From positions 186,001 through 250,000 of the forward strand of contig JAQGDQ010000057.1 of assembly GCA_030141605.1 (NCBI GenBank): DNA of 64,000 nt, written 5' to 3'. Source of the DNA: Tubiluchus corallicola. Its lineage: Eukaryota > Animalia > Priapulida. Position numbers and translations under genes: made by a program. Positions 13,028-48,160 of this stretch are shown here, one piece after another. The notes beneath the pieces were generated by a model. That model was not told the origin of the DNA. It saw only the letters and a program-made list of their open reading frames with translations, and did not search any database. The first letter of the stretch is position 1, and every line of letters starts with the position of its first letter.

Positions 13028-16000
13028 TGCAGAGATTGTATACTACAAAAACACAAAAGCCAAAGCACAAAAATTAACAAAATATCAATATCATAGCAGT
13101 GAGAACTGAAAACACTGTTTATGTAGAAGAGAAATATATTTTCTAGCTAAGTAATAGGCTAAAAGAAAATTAGGCAAATTGTTTGTAGAAGTGATGGAAC
13201 GAATAGAGAATAATTTTTCACAACGGACATTGAAGTAGAATCAAAGGATGATATATTATCATAATAACATATCTCCAGGCTGGCATGTAAATTCATATAT
13301 CTTTTGCTATTGTAAGTTGCAGGAAGGATTGTTGGCGGTACACATTAACAACTAGATAGTGTGAAAACTTTATGAATGTGACATTTACTTTAATTTTTAA
13401 CAATAAAATAACAAATAATGCATTGTAATTGCGGAAAACAATTGGAAAAGAATCACCCAAGTAGCGGCCATGTTTAAATAAAAAAACACAGGCACCAAAA
13501 ATAGGAATCATTTCAGTGTGATGTGCCAACTTTGTAAAAGGATGTAGCTTTCTTTCCTGTTGTGGCCATCTTTCCAATCAAAATGGCCACCTAACAGAAC
13601 AAAGTGCCGCATTCAAATGTCTGTAAATTTTTCCGCTTTCAAACACCGAGGATCGGTTTAACAAGTGCTTACTAATAACGTTTTAATGTGTTTGCTTGCA
13701 ATAACTAGGTACAAACGTATTTTTGATGATTCTCGTCAAGCACTTACTCCTCTGACATGCGCTGTTCTACTGTTTGCCAGATTCGATCCAGCCATCGAAT
13801 TCTATCAGTGCTGAGAGACTCTTATGCGGCGTGTTGACAGAGAAATAAGCCACAGTGGATGCAACGCATTAACAGTACACGCTCTGTGTAAATGTATTAA
13901 CTGGAGTGCTTGGGGATATTGTCAGACCGAGCTGCTCACATATCTGCATTATGATAGAAGAGTGAATTATTTTTATCGACTCACACTTAGTCGTATATTT
14001 ATCAACGTACAGAATGCAGAAAATGCAGAAGGCTCAGTAAACACTGTAATATTTTATGCTGACATTCGTGAAATCGTCTGTAGATGTCGCTTCTGGAGAA
14101 CTGCAACTTTACGTGCCGTTTCAGTCGTGCGGCCAATAAACCTGCTAGTCGACCCATGTCGAACCATTAATCCATCGCTTAGGCTTCTGTATTATTTATT
14201 ATTTATTAGGATCAAAAATAAATATAAACAATTTATACACGAGTAAAAGTAAACAGAAAGACTATGGCCATAAACACGGATTACTGCCTGTCACCCATCA
14301 AACACTGCATGTAATTAACAATAACGTTGCAGCCGATTGCCAGATTCTGAAAAATCACGCTTAATAGAGGAGGCAAACCTTTGTCCTGCCATAATGGTTT
14401 CGTTAGTAAAGGGTTGTTGTGTGGCCGAGAATTGAATTGGTCTTACCTAGAAATCTAGCATTACCTGGTCGTGAACGGGTTAATTCATATTAAGTAAATA
14501 GAATTTGTTCTGACCCAAAACCATTGCCCCAAATTTAAAGTTACAGCTGTAGTAATTTATTTATTTAACTAACTTACGTTTAGAGTTACCTACTTACTCC
14601 AAAGTATGGCTCTAGATTGTAAAAATTAGCAAAGCTTGTCAAGTTTAGTTAAGGTTGTAATAACTTGTCAAATTTTGTGAAATTTTTTAAAACTTTAAAA
14701 GAAAAGTTTAGAAATGAATTTACATCGCAACAGTTGTCAATGACTACTGTCTTAATTATACTTTGCAAACTAATTTCTACAGTCTTATGGCATAACTGTA
14801 ATTTTACACTTAGGGCAACGGTCCTACCCCACAAAAGTCCTGTTTATCTCATGGTTTAAAACCTTTAATTTCATGCTAGTCTTACTGCGTTGTAACCTGA
14901 TTACACGCAGTATATTTTACTATCTCAACTTATTCAGTTCCTCAGCTTCAGATATGAGGCAAAATGCTGATAAATAGGTGATAAATGGCAAGAAAGATCT
15001 AATTTTTCTCACTGTGAATAGTAAATCTGATTTTGCTAGAAGGAATATTCTTGTTGCAGTGTTCGGGCGCAAGCAATAGTTGAACTTTCCTATGTTAACT
15101 GTTTTGTGTTGTTTGTCGTTGTCATCGTTGTTTGGCACAGCATTGGTTTTCACATCGACGTAGCCTTTCTATTTCTCTGTCTTTCTTCCATTTCATTCTT
15201 TTCATCCAACCCTCTTTTTCTCCTTTTCCATTTCTTCTTGAGGTCAGCTTTAATTTAGGTGACTGTATTGCTATTTTTAGGTCTCCTCAGCCACACAGCT
15301 TTACTATTTGTAATTTACAGTCTTACTTTATTTTAGAAAACTCAATCTGTACGTGTTCCTGTTGTTGGCTAAATAAATAAACCTTGAAATCTCAAATCTT
15401 GTCCGCGATTATGTCGTAGCGAGTTATCAAATTTCAGTGCATCTGCTTTAATTTTTCAGAAAGATCTCCGTAATGTACAATGACACTGTTCACATATATA
15501 ATCACAATGCACTATTACAGTAACCACGATAATTAGTTGCCGGGTCAATTACCTTAAAAGATTTTTTGGTCTCATTTGGTCTATTCAGGCATAACAGCTT
15601 CACGTTTGCTATTAAAACTGTATGGAGTTGTTCCAGTCAATCATTTCACGTAACGACACGCTCATTTGATGCTGATTTTTGTTAGCATCAAAATGCCATT
15701 TAATTCATATGGACTAGATGCACAGTTTTTTGAGCTTTAGACACTTACATAAGAAATAGTTACATAAGAAATAAAACAAAAGTCAAAAAAATAAATTTGC
15801 GTAAAAAATTGTTGCTATGTCTTTCTTCGAGTTCCATTTTCATTTGCATTGTCACTCTACACGCTGGGATCATCAGTCAGTTGTAGACTCACTCAATGTA
15901 GATAATAGTGGCAGGATCAGTACCTATCTCATTAGCAAGAGTAATTCTCTAAGATTAACCACCAAAGGTGCTTAAGTCGGTTTAGATGTGTATTCAACTC

Positions 16001-16197
16001 GTTTGAAACCGTAGGTCACCCATACATTTACAGTCCAAACGCGACTTTGCTTGACTTGTCAAAACTTCCTTCTGTCTAATTAACGCGCAGAATACATCTT
16101 GCACTCAGTCAGTGACAATTCTTTCAAAGAACAAACAGTATGAAATATAAAAAGTATGAATAAATATTTTTAATGGCGTTGAATTGTTTGTTTTCAG

Positions 16198-37693
<21,496 letters not shown>

Positions 37694-38657
37694 CTTCAAT
37701 TGGAATAGTAAACTTACAGTCAATGGGGAATCCTTATTTTTTATACAGTTTAATGGAATGCAGAGCACAACAGCAGTAATTACTTGTTATGTTGGTAATA
37801 GGGATATTAGTGACTGGATTTAATTATCACAGGAATGAGTTATTGAACTATCAGAGGTGTTTGGACCATGCTCTTGTATACTCCCACAATAAGAGAGCTA
37901 ACTTGAGGCAGTCTGACAGATGAAATCATTCATAGACATTTTTCCTAGAAGCACCCAACCATTTACTAACTAGTCCAAGGTACTTGACTTTCGTAACTAA
38001 CTCAGCTATTTGTCTTAAATACTTGTATAAGTTAATAACAGTATAATCTCTTACCTCCTTACACAAACAGAATATTCATAACATTTGTACAATATGTATT
38101 TCGGTTTCACAAACTTAGGAAAATGTACCTATATAGGACTTATATTCTGTGTCAAACTATTATTATGAATAATTATCGTTTTGTAAGTATTTGTATATTA
38201 CAATTGTTATATGATGGGTATTAAGTATCATAGTATTATATTCCGTTGTAAAATATGCTTGATGATTGGTGGAAAAAGTAGCATGTGTAATTTGCAGTTT
38301 TGGATGCTATGTCTCTAAGGAATTATAGTCAAGCTGTAATTAGTGTAATTAATGAAATAAGCTTTCTCATAGTTCCAGCGACTGATGGTGATCCTGAAAA
38401 GATCAAAGATTGTGTGATCTAAGTGAACCAGACAACGCATTTGTGTACACTTGACAATACCTCGCTTTTGTAATAGTAACAGTATTAACAACTAACTAGA
38501 ACCTTACTTAGTTCATTCTTTCTTATTTCCAAGCAAGGTCCTGCCAGTAAATCACTCTAGGCACAGACTATACATAATTAAGTAAAGTCCACGTAAAACA
38601 ACTGAAGTTACTGAACTGATGCTGCAGACGACTTAGTTAGTTAAGATGCATTGTTGT

Positions 38658-38722
38658 GGTTCACTTAACCTTGGGCCTACAGTAACTGTGCGTGCGCACA
38701 ACGAAACTGTGAAAAGGCTTAT
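38658..38722. mobile_element. Single arm of the 20164-20478 MITE family, downstream of the rGC stop
   Basis: GGTTCACTTAACC...GTGCGCAC...AACTGTGAAAAGGCTTAT. Confidence 0.65.
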
Positions 38723-39632
38723 GAAAATTTGACGATTTTTTTTGTTTTGTTACTATAATGTTCCTAAGTGGCGCTTCATATACTTTGCTGCTTTACTCCA
38801 GGGTTCTGGTAAAGATTTGATTATATTTTTTGTGTAGTACTACAACAACGTCCGACTAATGTGGAATTTAGACAACAAAAAATGCAAAAGAGCCATCTAC
38901 AATGATATTTATATTTATTCTAATTAGTTTAACTTTGAAACAGGAAACAATTTAGGTGTTCAAATTTATTGGAAAAGTTTGTCATTTAGTGTTTTGCGAT
39001 ATTTCTTTGTCTCATCTTGGCAAATCCATTTATTCCAGTTGTTAAAAGTATTAGTGCTGACAAACTTCCAACTGTAGTTACTTAAATACTAATTGAAATC
39101 ACGTATTTAAGTGGTTTCATTCCATCACGATTTTAGATGGTGTAATGTGTGCTATTTTATGACCATGAGACACGTGCAATTTTCGTCGCCTCGCCTTAAG
39201 TTACATGACGACAGTTGGAGTCTGTCGCTGCACATTAATGTCTAATTTCAAACTGAAGACTGCTAACATAAAAGTTGCGTAAATGCGGTTCATTAGTACA
39301 TTGATTTGATAATATACTTCTCAATAGGAAAACTCAGTCTAACCACTAAAACAGCCAAAGAAAATAGGATTGAATAATCAACTTATTCAATTGCTGACTA
39401 GGTCTTTTCATACCTGCGAAGTGTTGTGTCTCCTTCCTGTACCGTTTGTCAAATTATTTCGGCAAGAGACTTGTCACGAAGGACTCTTAGTAAGTTATTC
39501 ATCCTTGTTATTTTGCGGGTGCTTTAGTGGTTGTTTTACTAATTTGCTAATATATTGAAATAATCAAAAAAATAATTAAATTAGTAAACAATTAAATAAT
39601 AACCCTTCTGCTACAATTATAGGGTTACGTGA

Positions 39633-39834
39633 CGTTTGCCTGGCATCTGGAATGCATATGCGTCATGAGGAGTGCGGATAAAATCGGTTTATATTGTTTT
39701 CAATGTACCCATTTATCAGACCTGCGTTATGCGTTATTTTTTTCTGCGGCTATTTTCCATTGATTTTTAATTGCGCAGCTATTCCGCACGTGGATAACGC
39801 ATACGCGTAACGCAATCCGAATGCCAGGTAAACG
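39633..39834. mobile_element. Palindromic MITE-like element
   Basis: Imperfect inverted repeats CGTTTGCCTGGCATCTGGAATGC ... GCAATCCGAATGCCAGGTAAACG. Confidence 0.65.
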
Positions 39835-41478
39835 CGATACAGTAAGGAATATAGTTGGAAAAATTACTTACGATTACTACTTAAAGAAACATTTGTGAAT
39901 TTTAAACAAACCTGCTTATTACTTGAAAATTCACAGCAATTTTTACTAATTCAATGCCAAATACCAAATAGAAACTTATTAATTTTTTGAATGTTGTCAT
40001 TATTGTTAAATAAACCTATAGCTAAATTATTGAATAAATTCTTGTACAATTGACCATCCGTTGCTTATCAGTTGATTTTTAATCAATTTTTAATTTTGGA
40101 TAGCAGAAGTAAGTAATATTCTATTGCATAAGTACGAAAGCAGCAACTAAAATAGTTTTAGACTAAACATTATAAAACTTAGTTCACACACACACACACG
40201 CACGCACGCACGCACGCAGCACATCCACATATCTCCCCTGGCTGCATAATTAACAGAAGATTGTATGAGGCAAAGATTAAGCTTACATAACTTTTTATTG
40301 AGCAATTCCATGGGTGACTGAACTGCAATCATCGTATTGAACTACAGGCGGTACCCCGCCGACAAGAACTAAAACTGTCCGGGTTTGTTTGCTATTAACA
40401 GATGCGGAGGCGTATATGTTGCTGCATTATTGCTGCACATTCCTTTCATTGTTAACGACCATTATTTTTCTAATCATTTTGCTGCATTATTACTTTTTGC
40501 ATGTTCTGCTTGTCCTGTAATAATGCTGTTGATTATTTTTCATAATTTGCCAACTTCAATTTACTTTTTCAGTTTGAATAATTAAAACTTTTCGCAATTT
40601 GAACGTTTTTTTGAGTTTATCAAAGGTTACAATTATTGTTGCTTCTACTATGTTTAAGGATAAAGGTATATCTTCTCTATCTGAATTAACAAAATGATTA
40701 ATTTTATATGTACTCGTTAAAGTTGAATTTTTATCTTATGTTAAATCCAAAAAGTTGGTCTGTTGCTGATTTTTATAATTTGGTCGAAATGATAGATACT
40801 GTCACACAGACTCATCTCAACCATTTTAGACCTCGAATATTAAACCTGTGTGATTAGTGGCGCCCCCCGTAGAGCTACTAGAACTGCTTAGTCATCGCCT
40901 AGGGCTTCCATGGGTAGCTAGTTAAGTACTATTTTGCTTGGCTAGAAACTTGTTTGGTGGAAACCCAGCGAATACCGAATGCCCTGGGGAAACTACCCTG
41001 CACACCCAGGATGTTACAATCATTGACATGATATATCATTCCGTTCTACATAAATTATATTTTTGCTAAGCTTACATTGTTCATAACCCCGACCTAAAGG
41101 TAAAATTGGCTAAACCTGGCTAGTTTTTTGCAAAAACACCATGAATGAAAATAGTTGATAAAATGACAATGCATTCAATGTAGCAAGGCAAAAAAGGTGG
41201 GGCACACCCAAATACCGCCGCACCAAATACATGACTATAACTAATCACGATATTGCTTGCGTCTATGATAATAAACATAATAAAGCGTTGTTTGCAATAC
41301 TACAATACATTACAAAATTACACCAAGCGCCTAGTAAAGCAGTTTCAACTGTGGTACATTATATATAAAAATTCAACACTACAGAAAAAAAAAACACTGA
41401 AATGTAAAAGTACCTAAACCTAAAGTTCACACAGAAGCTACATTCCTACTTTAGTAGTGAGTGAAGAGAGGGTGGATT

Positions 41479-41575
41479 TTCACATCCAGCGACAGCAATC
41501 TGATTTTCGACAAGACGGATGTCATTCGTTGATTGGTCGGCTAGAAACAATGAGAGCGACACTGGCGCGCACGCT
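41479..41575 (+). repeat. Dispersed repeat, copy 2
   Basis: Matches 5163-5265. Confidence 0.8.
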
Positions 41576-42420
41576 TCTGAACATCGCTTACGAAAACTCA
41601 TTTATTGCTATTCTATCAATAAATTTACCCTTTCTTTGCTGCTGTAATCAGAGATGCTGTTATTAACGCCTCTGACTAAAACAATTATATTGGTATTTTG
41701 AGTGAGGGTGACCGTATGGTCTTTCTCCACCCAGCATTTCCTTTTAACTGGCAATAATAATACTTTGTTACATGTTTGTTGTATGAAACAAATAAATAGA
41801 AATTGAACTGGAGGCCAAGCAGTCTGGTATCCACACACGAAACAATAGAATGATGTGTAAGAAAAACTATACCTTTATTTGAGTAGTAGTTTTTGAAACA
41901 GTGAGGAAACAGAGTTCACCCTGTCGCTGATTAAATTAACTGGACAATAAAAAAGCAGAGATGACCGCTATAAGTTTTTTTATAATAACCAAATGCATAA
42001 TTTGGCTTCAACAGAAACTTACATCTAGCGTGAATGTACAGCATATATTTTCAATACTGACTTCGTTATTTTTGTATACTTTCCTACAATTGAAAGAAAA
42101 TGAGACTAGCGCTGAACCCTAATTATAATGCAATTTGTTTTAGTAAACTATTAAATAAACGAGTTATTATTTTGATGCTTACTTTATACCAAAAAATTTT
42201 TGTGCCTGAATTTGAAGAAAACTATTCTTACGTTGAAAAGATGCTCTTGCTGTGCGGGGATCTCAGCAGTAATTTCACAGTTTCTAAATAAGCGCCAGTA
42301 GTAGCCATGTTTATCATATTGTTGGTGATTTTGTTTTTCTCACCTTGTTGCACCGTTTTTTTCTTTTGCCTTTGGTAAATGAACCGGTTGCATTAAAGTT
42401 TATGAATGTTACGAATTTAA

Positions 42421-42996
42421 AGGAAACCAGGATGAATTTTTATATGCTACTCCATCTTGAAGTACGATAAAAAAGTGTTGTCAAAGCGTTGTCCAAACGG
42501 TTGTGAAGCGTTTCTTATAATTAAATAATAGGTTAAAAACATAACTACCCAACTAGTGATGACATCGCAGCTGAACGTAAGTTTCAAAAGCAATAACATT
42601 CCACGAATGTGTTGCACGTGTTTGCGAAAGCAAAAAATTGAAGTACACAGTGTTATTCTACAACATTCAGTGTAATTTTAAGTTTAAAAAATTAAATTTC
42701 AAATTTGCCGCTGTGCTCATGATCACGTGAGCCACATTACAACTGAACTTCATCTGCACTGAGAGGTACAGCGCAGGTTTTTGTGCAACACATTTCGGAG
42801 ATACAGGCGCTAGTGCCCATTTAACTAATGAATGTCAAAATGCAGGTAAGAAAGAAATACCTAGACGCATGAACGCGAAATTACTGGTGCAATAAATAGT
42901 TCCCGCAAGTCATTATTAAAAAAAAGTGTTCTCCTTTCAATATTTTATGTGGTAGATTGTTTTGAGCTGTAGTTTAAGATTGGGTCCGGTTTTCCT
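42421..42996 (-). mobile_element. Non-autonomous TTAA-flanked DNA transposon (Kolobok-like MITE), full length
   Basis: TTAA|AGGAAACCAGGA ... TCCGGTTTTCCT|TTAA; homologous to 60765-61346 in the opposite orientation. Confidence 0.8.
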
Positions 42997-44710
42997 TTAA
43001 TTTGTTACCACAGCATTCGTCAGTAAGCAATAGAGAAGTCAGCATGGCATGAAGCCAACTCAAATGAAACAGCAAACCTAATACTATAAGGGAGACGCTT
43101 CCGCAGCTTATTTATAACATTAATAACCAGTGTTAATAATCATGAAAAATGGACCCTGTCTTTGTTATTACCTCCAAGCGTTGTTAAAGCTTGACCCAAT
43201 ATTGCTTTAAATAACGGGCAGCTGTAAGTAAGAATAATAGTAATTTATTTTCATATTCAGTACAACTGTACAAAACATACATAAACATAAAATTATAAAT
43301 ATATAAATCAAGTAATTAACGTGATGATTAAACATAACAATTTACCTACTAAGATCTTAATTTTAGTCCTATAGAAAGGTTAAAAGGGAATTTTAAATTC
43401 TCAAAAAACTTTCCATACAAAGTTATATTACGTTTACCTGTTTAAAAGACTTCAGTAAATGAGAAAGAAAATTCCCAATAATTTAAAATAATTGCGCGAA
43501 CCGGTGAAACGTCGCTGACCACTATCCCGCTGTGCGGCAAAAAACATCAAAGGTTCAATGAAACACATTATATTCATCTTATTGACAAGATAAAGTAAAA
43601 TAGTTTAAACTTTTGCTTCTTTAGCGAAGAGTACACTATGAATGCTCTGATTATTTTTTCAAACGTTACGCAGTGTTGTCTAAACTTGATTCAGACGACA
43701 CCACAGTATATATGGCTGCGCCTAATAGGCCCCCGGTGAAATTTTCAAGTTCTATATAGTGTTACTGCTAATACATATTCTGTGCGCAACAATACAGCAT
43801 GCAGGTGATACAAAATTTCAAGACGAATTTTTTTAGCATTATGAAAAAATGGTATTTTCTTGTGTTTTAAGAAACTGAGAACTTGTGAAAGCTTCCTGAA
43901 AACTTGAAAGAAGAGGGGGAAAAAGATAAATTTTGTAATTAAAGTTTGAGAAGAAAAGTTGTGTGGTGCAGAGAAGGGGGAGAATAGGCAAAGAGGGTAT
44001 GTTGCGACAAACACTATTTCTTCCCAACGAATGTATTTGAAATAGATTATTTATTACTACAATAATCAAGTTGGTGAGTTGGGAATGTAATGTTATTATT
44101 GCTAGGTGTAATTTTCCTGGAATCAAATGATTAAGCTAGGTGTCAGGTGCTTGTACTAGATTGCGCGTGGTCTTCACACTGCACTTATTGCGCATGGTCT
44201 TCACTGGCATAACTTTATGCCTTAGAAAATCATCGCACTTTATTGCGTTCTGTCGTTTGGATTTGTTACGGGTGCTTCAATTTTGATGTTAATGTTGGCA
44301 GATGTGCACGTAGTGCGGTGTGCGTCTGTTGTTGCACCAGTTATTAGTAACTTTTTAGCCGTTACAAGTTTTATTGGAGTTCCTATTGGAGCACACGGAC
44401 AGATGTTTTTCTTCGCGAAAACTGCATGCGGTAGACTCCCATTTATAGAAAAGAGACGTTTGAAGATTTGTTTTTGAAGGATTCTCATTCACTGCACAGA
44501 AAAAGGAACAAAATGTAACGAAGAGTATAAAAGAACGAACCAATAAACTTGTAACGTCTTCTGCCAATACACTAACTCGGTGCAAGTGTCATTATGAATG
44601 CTGCTCATTGCTCTACAATTTAAGTATTTTGAAACGTACATATTAACAGTCAACTCGTACTCAAAAATTTTTTGTAATAAAAGAGTTTGCTGGGCGTGGT
44701 TGTTTCTAAA

Positions 44711-45840
44711 ATGGGTAATGACGGTGCTCTAGACGACGCATCTCTATCCGAGCTTGCAAAACAGTTAGCTGAAAACACAGCCACACACGGCATAGGGAAC
44801 ATCCGTCGGGCGAAGAGTCGCTCCAGGAGGTACATCTGGACAGTTCTGATCCTTATGGCTGTCATGGTTCTGTTGGTGCAAGGTGGTATACAACTGAGAA
44901 AGTATTTGGGACGTCCTATGCAGACATCTACTACGTTCATTCTAGACAATGGTACAATCGCTTTCCCTTCTATAACGTTCTGCAACAAGAACACCATGCG
45001 TTTTAGTGTTTTTAAAGAAATATGGCCATCGTTGTATAATAAATCGAACCTCACTGATCAAGATACAATGTCTGCATTAGTTCTTGGGGAAGTGGCCACT
45101 TCTCATGTCCTCGCGAGATTGAACCATAGTGAGCGATATAAACTGGGTCATCAAGTTTACGACACCATACAGAGTTGTGAGGTACCAAACAATGATGTAT
45201 TTCAATGCCTCGGTGATTTGGAGTACACACTTGAAATAAGCAATACAGCAGTAGACCAAGGCAATTGTTTCACATTTAATAAAGCCCGGAACGTGAAGGA
45301 AGGCAGCTATCAGAAAGTTCTAAAATATAATGGTAAAGATGCAAAGCGTGGTGTTAAGCTGACCTTGAATGCTAATTTGGCTGAGTACATGCCGATGAGG
45401 ACACCCCAGCCGGGTTTTGACGTATTCGTTGTTCCTCCAGGGTACAGTCACGTGGGTGTCCAACCGTTCTTCGCTCGGGCTGGTACAGTGAATACAGCAA
45501 GAGTGCGCAGAACTGACATTCACCGGGACTACGTCAAAGGGAATTGCCTTACAGGAGAGCAGATCAACGGTGAACAACTTCACGATGTCTACGCAGAAAC
45601 TGCAGAAACGATTTATAGCATAGAAACGTGTTTGCAGACATGTCTGCAGAAGAAGTTAGTGAGGGAGTGTAAGTGTACTAGTGCCAATATTCCAGTGTCT
45701 GAACGACTTTTGAAGGAGGCTGATTGGACGAGTTTGACACTACCAGCACACTGTGAAATTCTACTGTCTGACAACTGCTTTGCAAACACAGGGATAGATG
45801 ATACAGATTGCAGTTGCTTACCTCCTTGCGATTACACGCG
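44711..45840 (+). CDS. DEG/ENaC (ASIC-like) sodium channel, exon 1
   Basis: ATG at 44711; pre-TM1 HG motif (TATHGI), TM1 (IWTVLILMAVMVLLVQG), FPSITFCNKN, GNCFTFN, Cys-rich thumb (YSIETCLQTC...CSCLPPC); CG|gtacgt donor. Confidence 0.93.
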
Positions 45841-46075
45841 GTACGTATGGACGTTTCTTGAGGAGTTGCCCGTGGGTGTTATAAAATTTATATCATTTTA
45901 TAACAACGATACCTGTTTCTTAGCATTTAACTTTTTTAGTATTTAACTTTTTGAGCATTGAACTTGAAATAATTTTTAATGGCTTGAAATAATTTAAATT
46001 TCTTCATATTTTTTACTTGTTATTTGCTTATGATTACATTGATACAACAAGTTTACTTTTTAACAATACTTTCAG

Positions 46076-46528
46076 ATATGACGTATCATGGGACTCAGGG
46101 CCAGCTGTCAGTTTTGGACAGCCAGACAAGCTATTGACGCTCCTGCGGGAAATGGATATGAACATCAGTTATGAATACTTCTTCTGGTTCTACTATTTGA
46201 CGGCTAACGAATATTCCCAAAGCTCGCTGGTAGATGGCGTTAATGAGATCACGTGGTGCATGTCATGATTGACAGCAGCATTGTACAGAGGGTGTCTGAG
46301 ACACTTTCTTACAAGGAGGCAGATCTCGCAGGTGATATCGGTGGACTGTTGGGGCTTTACATAGGAATGTCTCTCCTGGCAATCTATGAATTGCTAGAGT
46401 TCTTTGTTGATGTACTAATATTACTCTTAATAAAAATGAGAAGAAGGAAGGCGACATTCAATATTAACAACGAAGAGACTAATCAGGGGAGGAATAATGT
46501 AGCAGTAATCGAGAAAGCGCATGATTAA
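46076..46528 (+). pseudogene. DEG/ENaC exon 2 (knuckle, TM2, C-terminus) with a 1-nt frameshift at about 46251-46253; pseudogene, null allele or assembly error
   Basis: ttcag acceptor in phase with exon 1. That frame stops at 46266-46268, while TM2 (LAGDIGGLLGLYIGMSLLAIYELLEF) is in another frame ending at TAA 46528. Confidence 0.75.
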
Positions 46529-46584
46529 CGACAGAGAAACTTAAAAGTTAATTGTCGATATTTCTTTAGCTAGCACTTAAAAGG

Positions 46585-47146
46585 AAGAGTATGGTGAGTG
46601 AAGAGTAAGTTTTAAGTGAGTGTAAAGTAATTAAAGCGTAGATCTACTGTGAGTGAAAAGAAGAGTAGAGTAACTGAAGAGTAAATCAAGCATAAGAAGA
46701 CACTGAACAGTATCTACGGTGCAAGCAAAGAGTAAGGAAAAGATAAATGTAGAGTAAGTGAAGCTTAAGTGTAAAGTAAATGAAAAATAAGTAAAGAATA
46801 GAGTAAATAAAGAGTAAGTGAAGAATAAGTGTAAAATAAGTGAAGAGTAAGCATAGTGAAAGTGTAGAGTAAATACAGAGTAACCGAAAAATAAGTGTAA
46901 AGGAAGTGAAGAATAGGTAAATGTAGAACAAGTATAGAGTAAGTGAAGAATAAGTGAAGAGTAGGTGTAGAGTAAATGTAGAGTAAGTGTGGAGTAAGTG
47001 ATGAATAAGCGTGGAGTAAGTGAAGGGTAAGTATAAAGCAAGTGAAAAACAAATGAAGAGCAAGTGTAGAGTAAGTATAGAGTAAATGAAGAGTAAGTGA
47101 AGAGTAAGTGTAGAGTAAATGTAGAGTAAGTGATGAGTAAGTGTAG
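46585..47146. repeat. 11-bp minisatellite (AGAGTAAGTG[T/A]) just downstream of the DEG/ENaC stop
   Basis: Dozens of degenerate 11-mers; source of the spurious LHLLFTYS-type ORFs. Confidence 0.92.
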
Positions 47147-47869
47147 CGTAACCCTGAACCAGTGAAGCTAGAGTAATTATAAATGAATGAATTCTTAATA
47201 GCAACACAATAGTGTTTTTTATTAAACTTGTTAAGGCAGCGAGGCAGATCGTCAGGCAGAGAGGCAGATCGTCAAACAGCGAGGAATGTTAATTTCAACT
47301 ACTTTACTAACATGCCAAAACAAAAGCATTATAAAAGAAGTATCAGTAAGTATAGAAACAGCTTTACAGAAAAAGTAAATTATTAAAAGGCAATAGAGTT
47401 CAACAAGCCTGTAAATAATCAACAATTGAAGCAACGTGCTTAGACAACATGACATTCTGGGAAGCAAAACACATTAAATTGGCTTAAAGCCAAAATTGAT
47501 TACTTGTAATAAAAAAATTAAACTATATATTAGAGTGAGATAAAATCTTACATAGTGAAAATTTATAATGCTAAGAAAAAATGAGAAAACACAATGTTTC
47601 AAACTACTACTGCAGTTCTTCAGGTGAATGATTAAAACAGAAAAAATACTAAATACAACTTTTTGTAGTATTTATTAACCGCAGAATGCAGTGGATAACG
47701 CAAATGGAAGCCGAGCCACACCTTCTGCTTTCCCATCAGTTCCATGTAACAAACTTAAGAGGGATAAACTTGCATTTTCAACGGAAGCTGTAATAAAAAC
47801 TTTACTGGAGCAGCTTCAGGCAACAGAGGACAAATTTAGTTTAGGTTTTATGTCAAATTCGGATGCTCA

Positions 47870-48160
<291 letters not shown>

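Noticed and set aside
13275-13577. Possible Penelope GIY-YIG remnant (IYEFTC, RYLG) on the minus strand
   Set aside because: Motifs are too short and degraded to support without a profile search.
13824-14246. 140-aa plus-strand ORF upstream of the first visible rGC exon
   Set aside because: No recognisable rGC ectodomain or other motif, and no compatible splice donor found.
46230-46247. Tiny GT-AG intron as an explanation for the ENaC frameshift
   Set aside because: Only 18 nt long and a multiple of 3, so it would not repair the frame.
46631-47207. Three overlapping minus-strand ORFs up to 173 aa
   Set aside because: Produced by the 11-bp minisatellite; no domain content.
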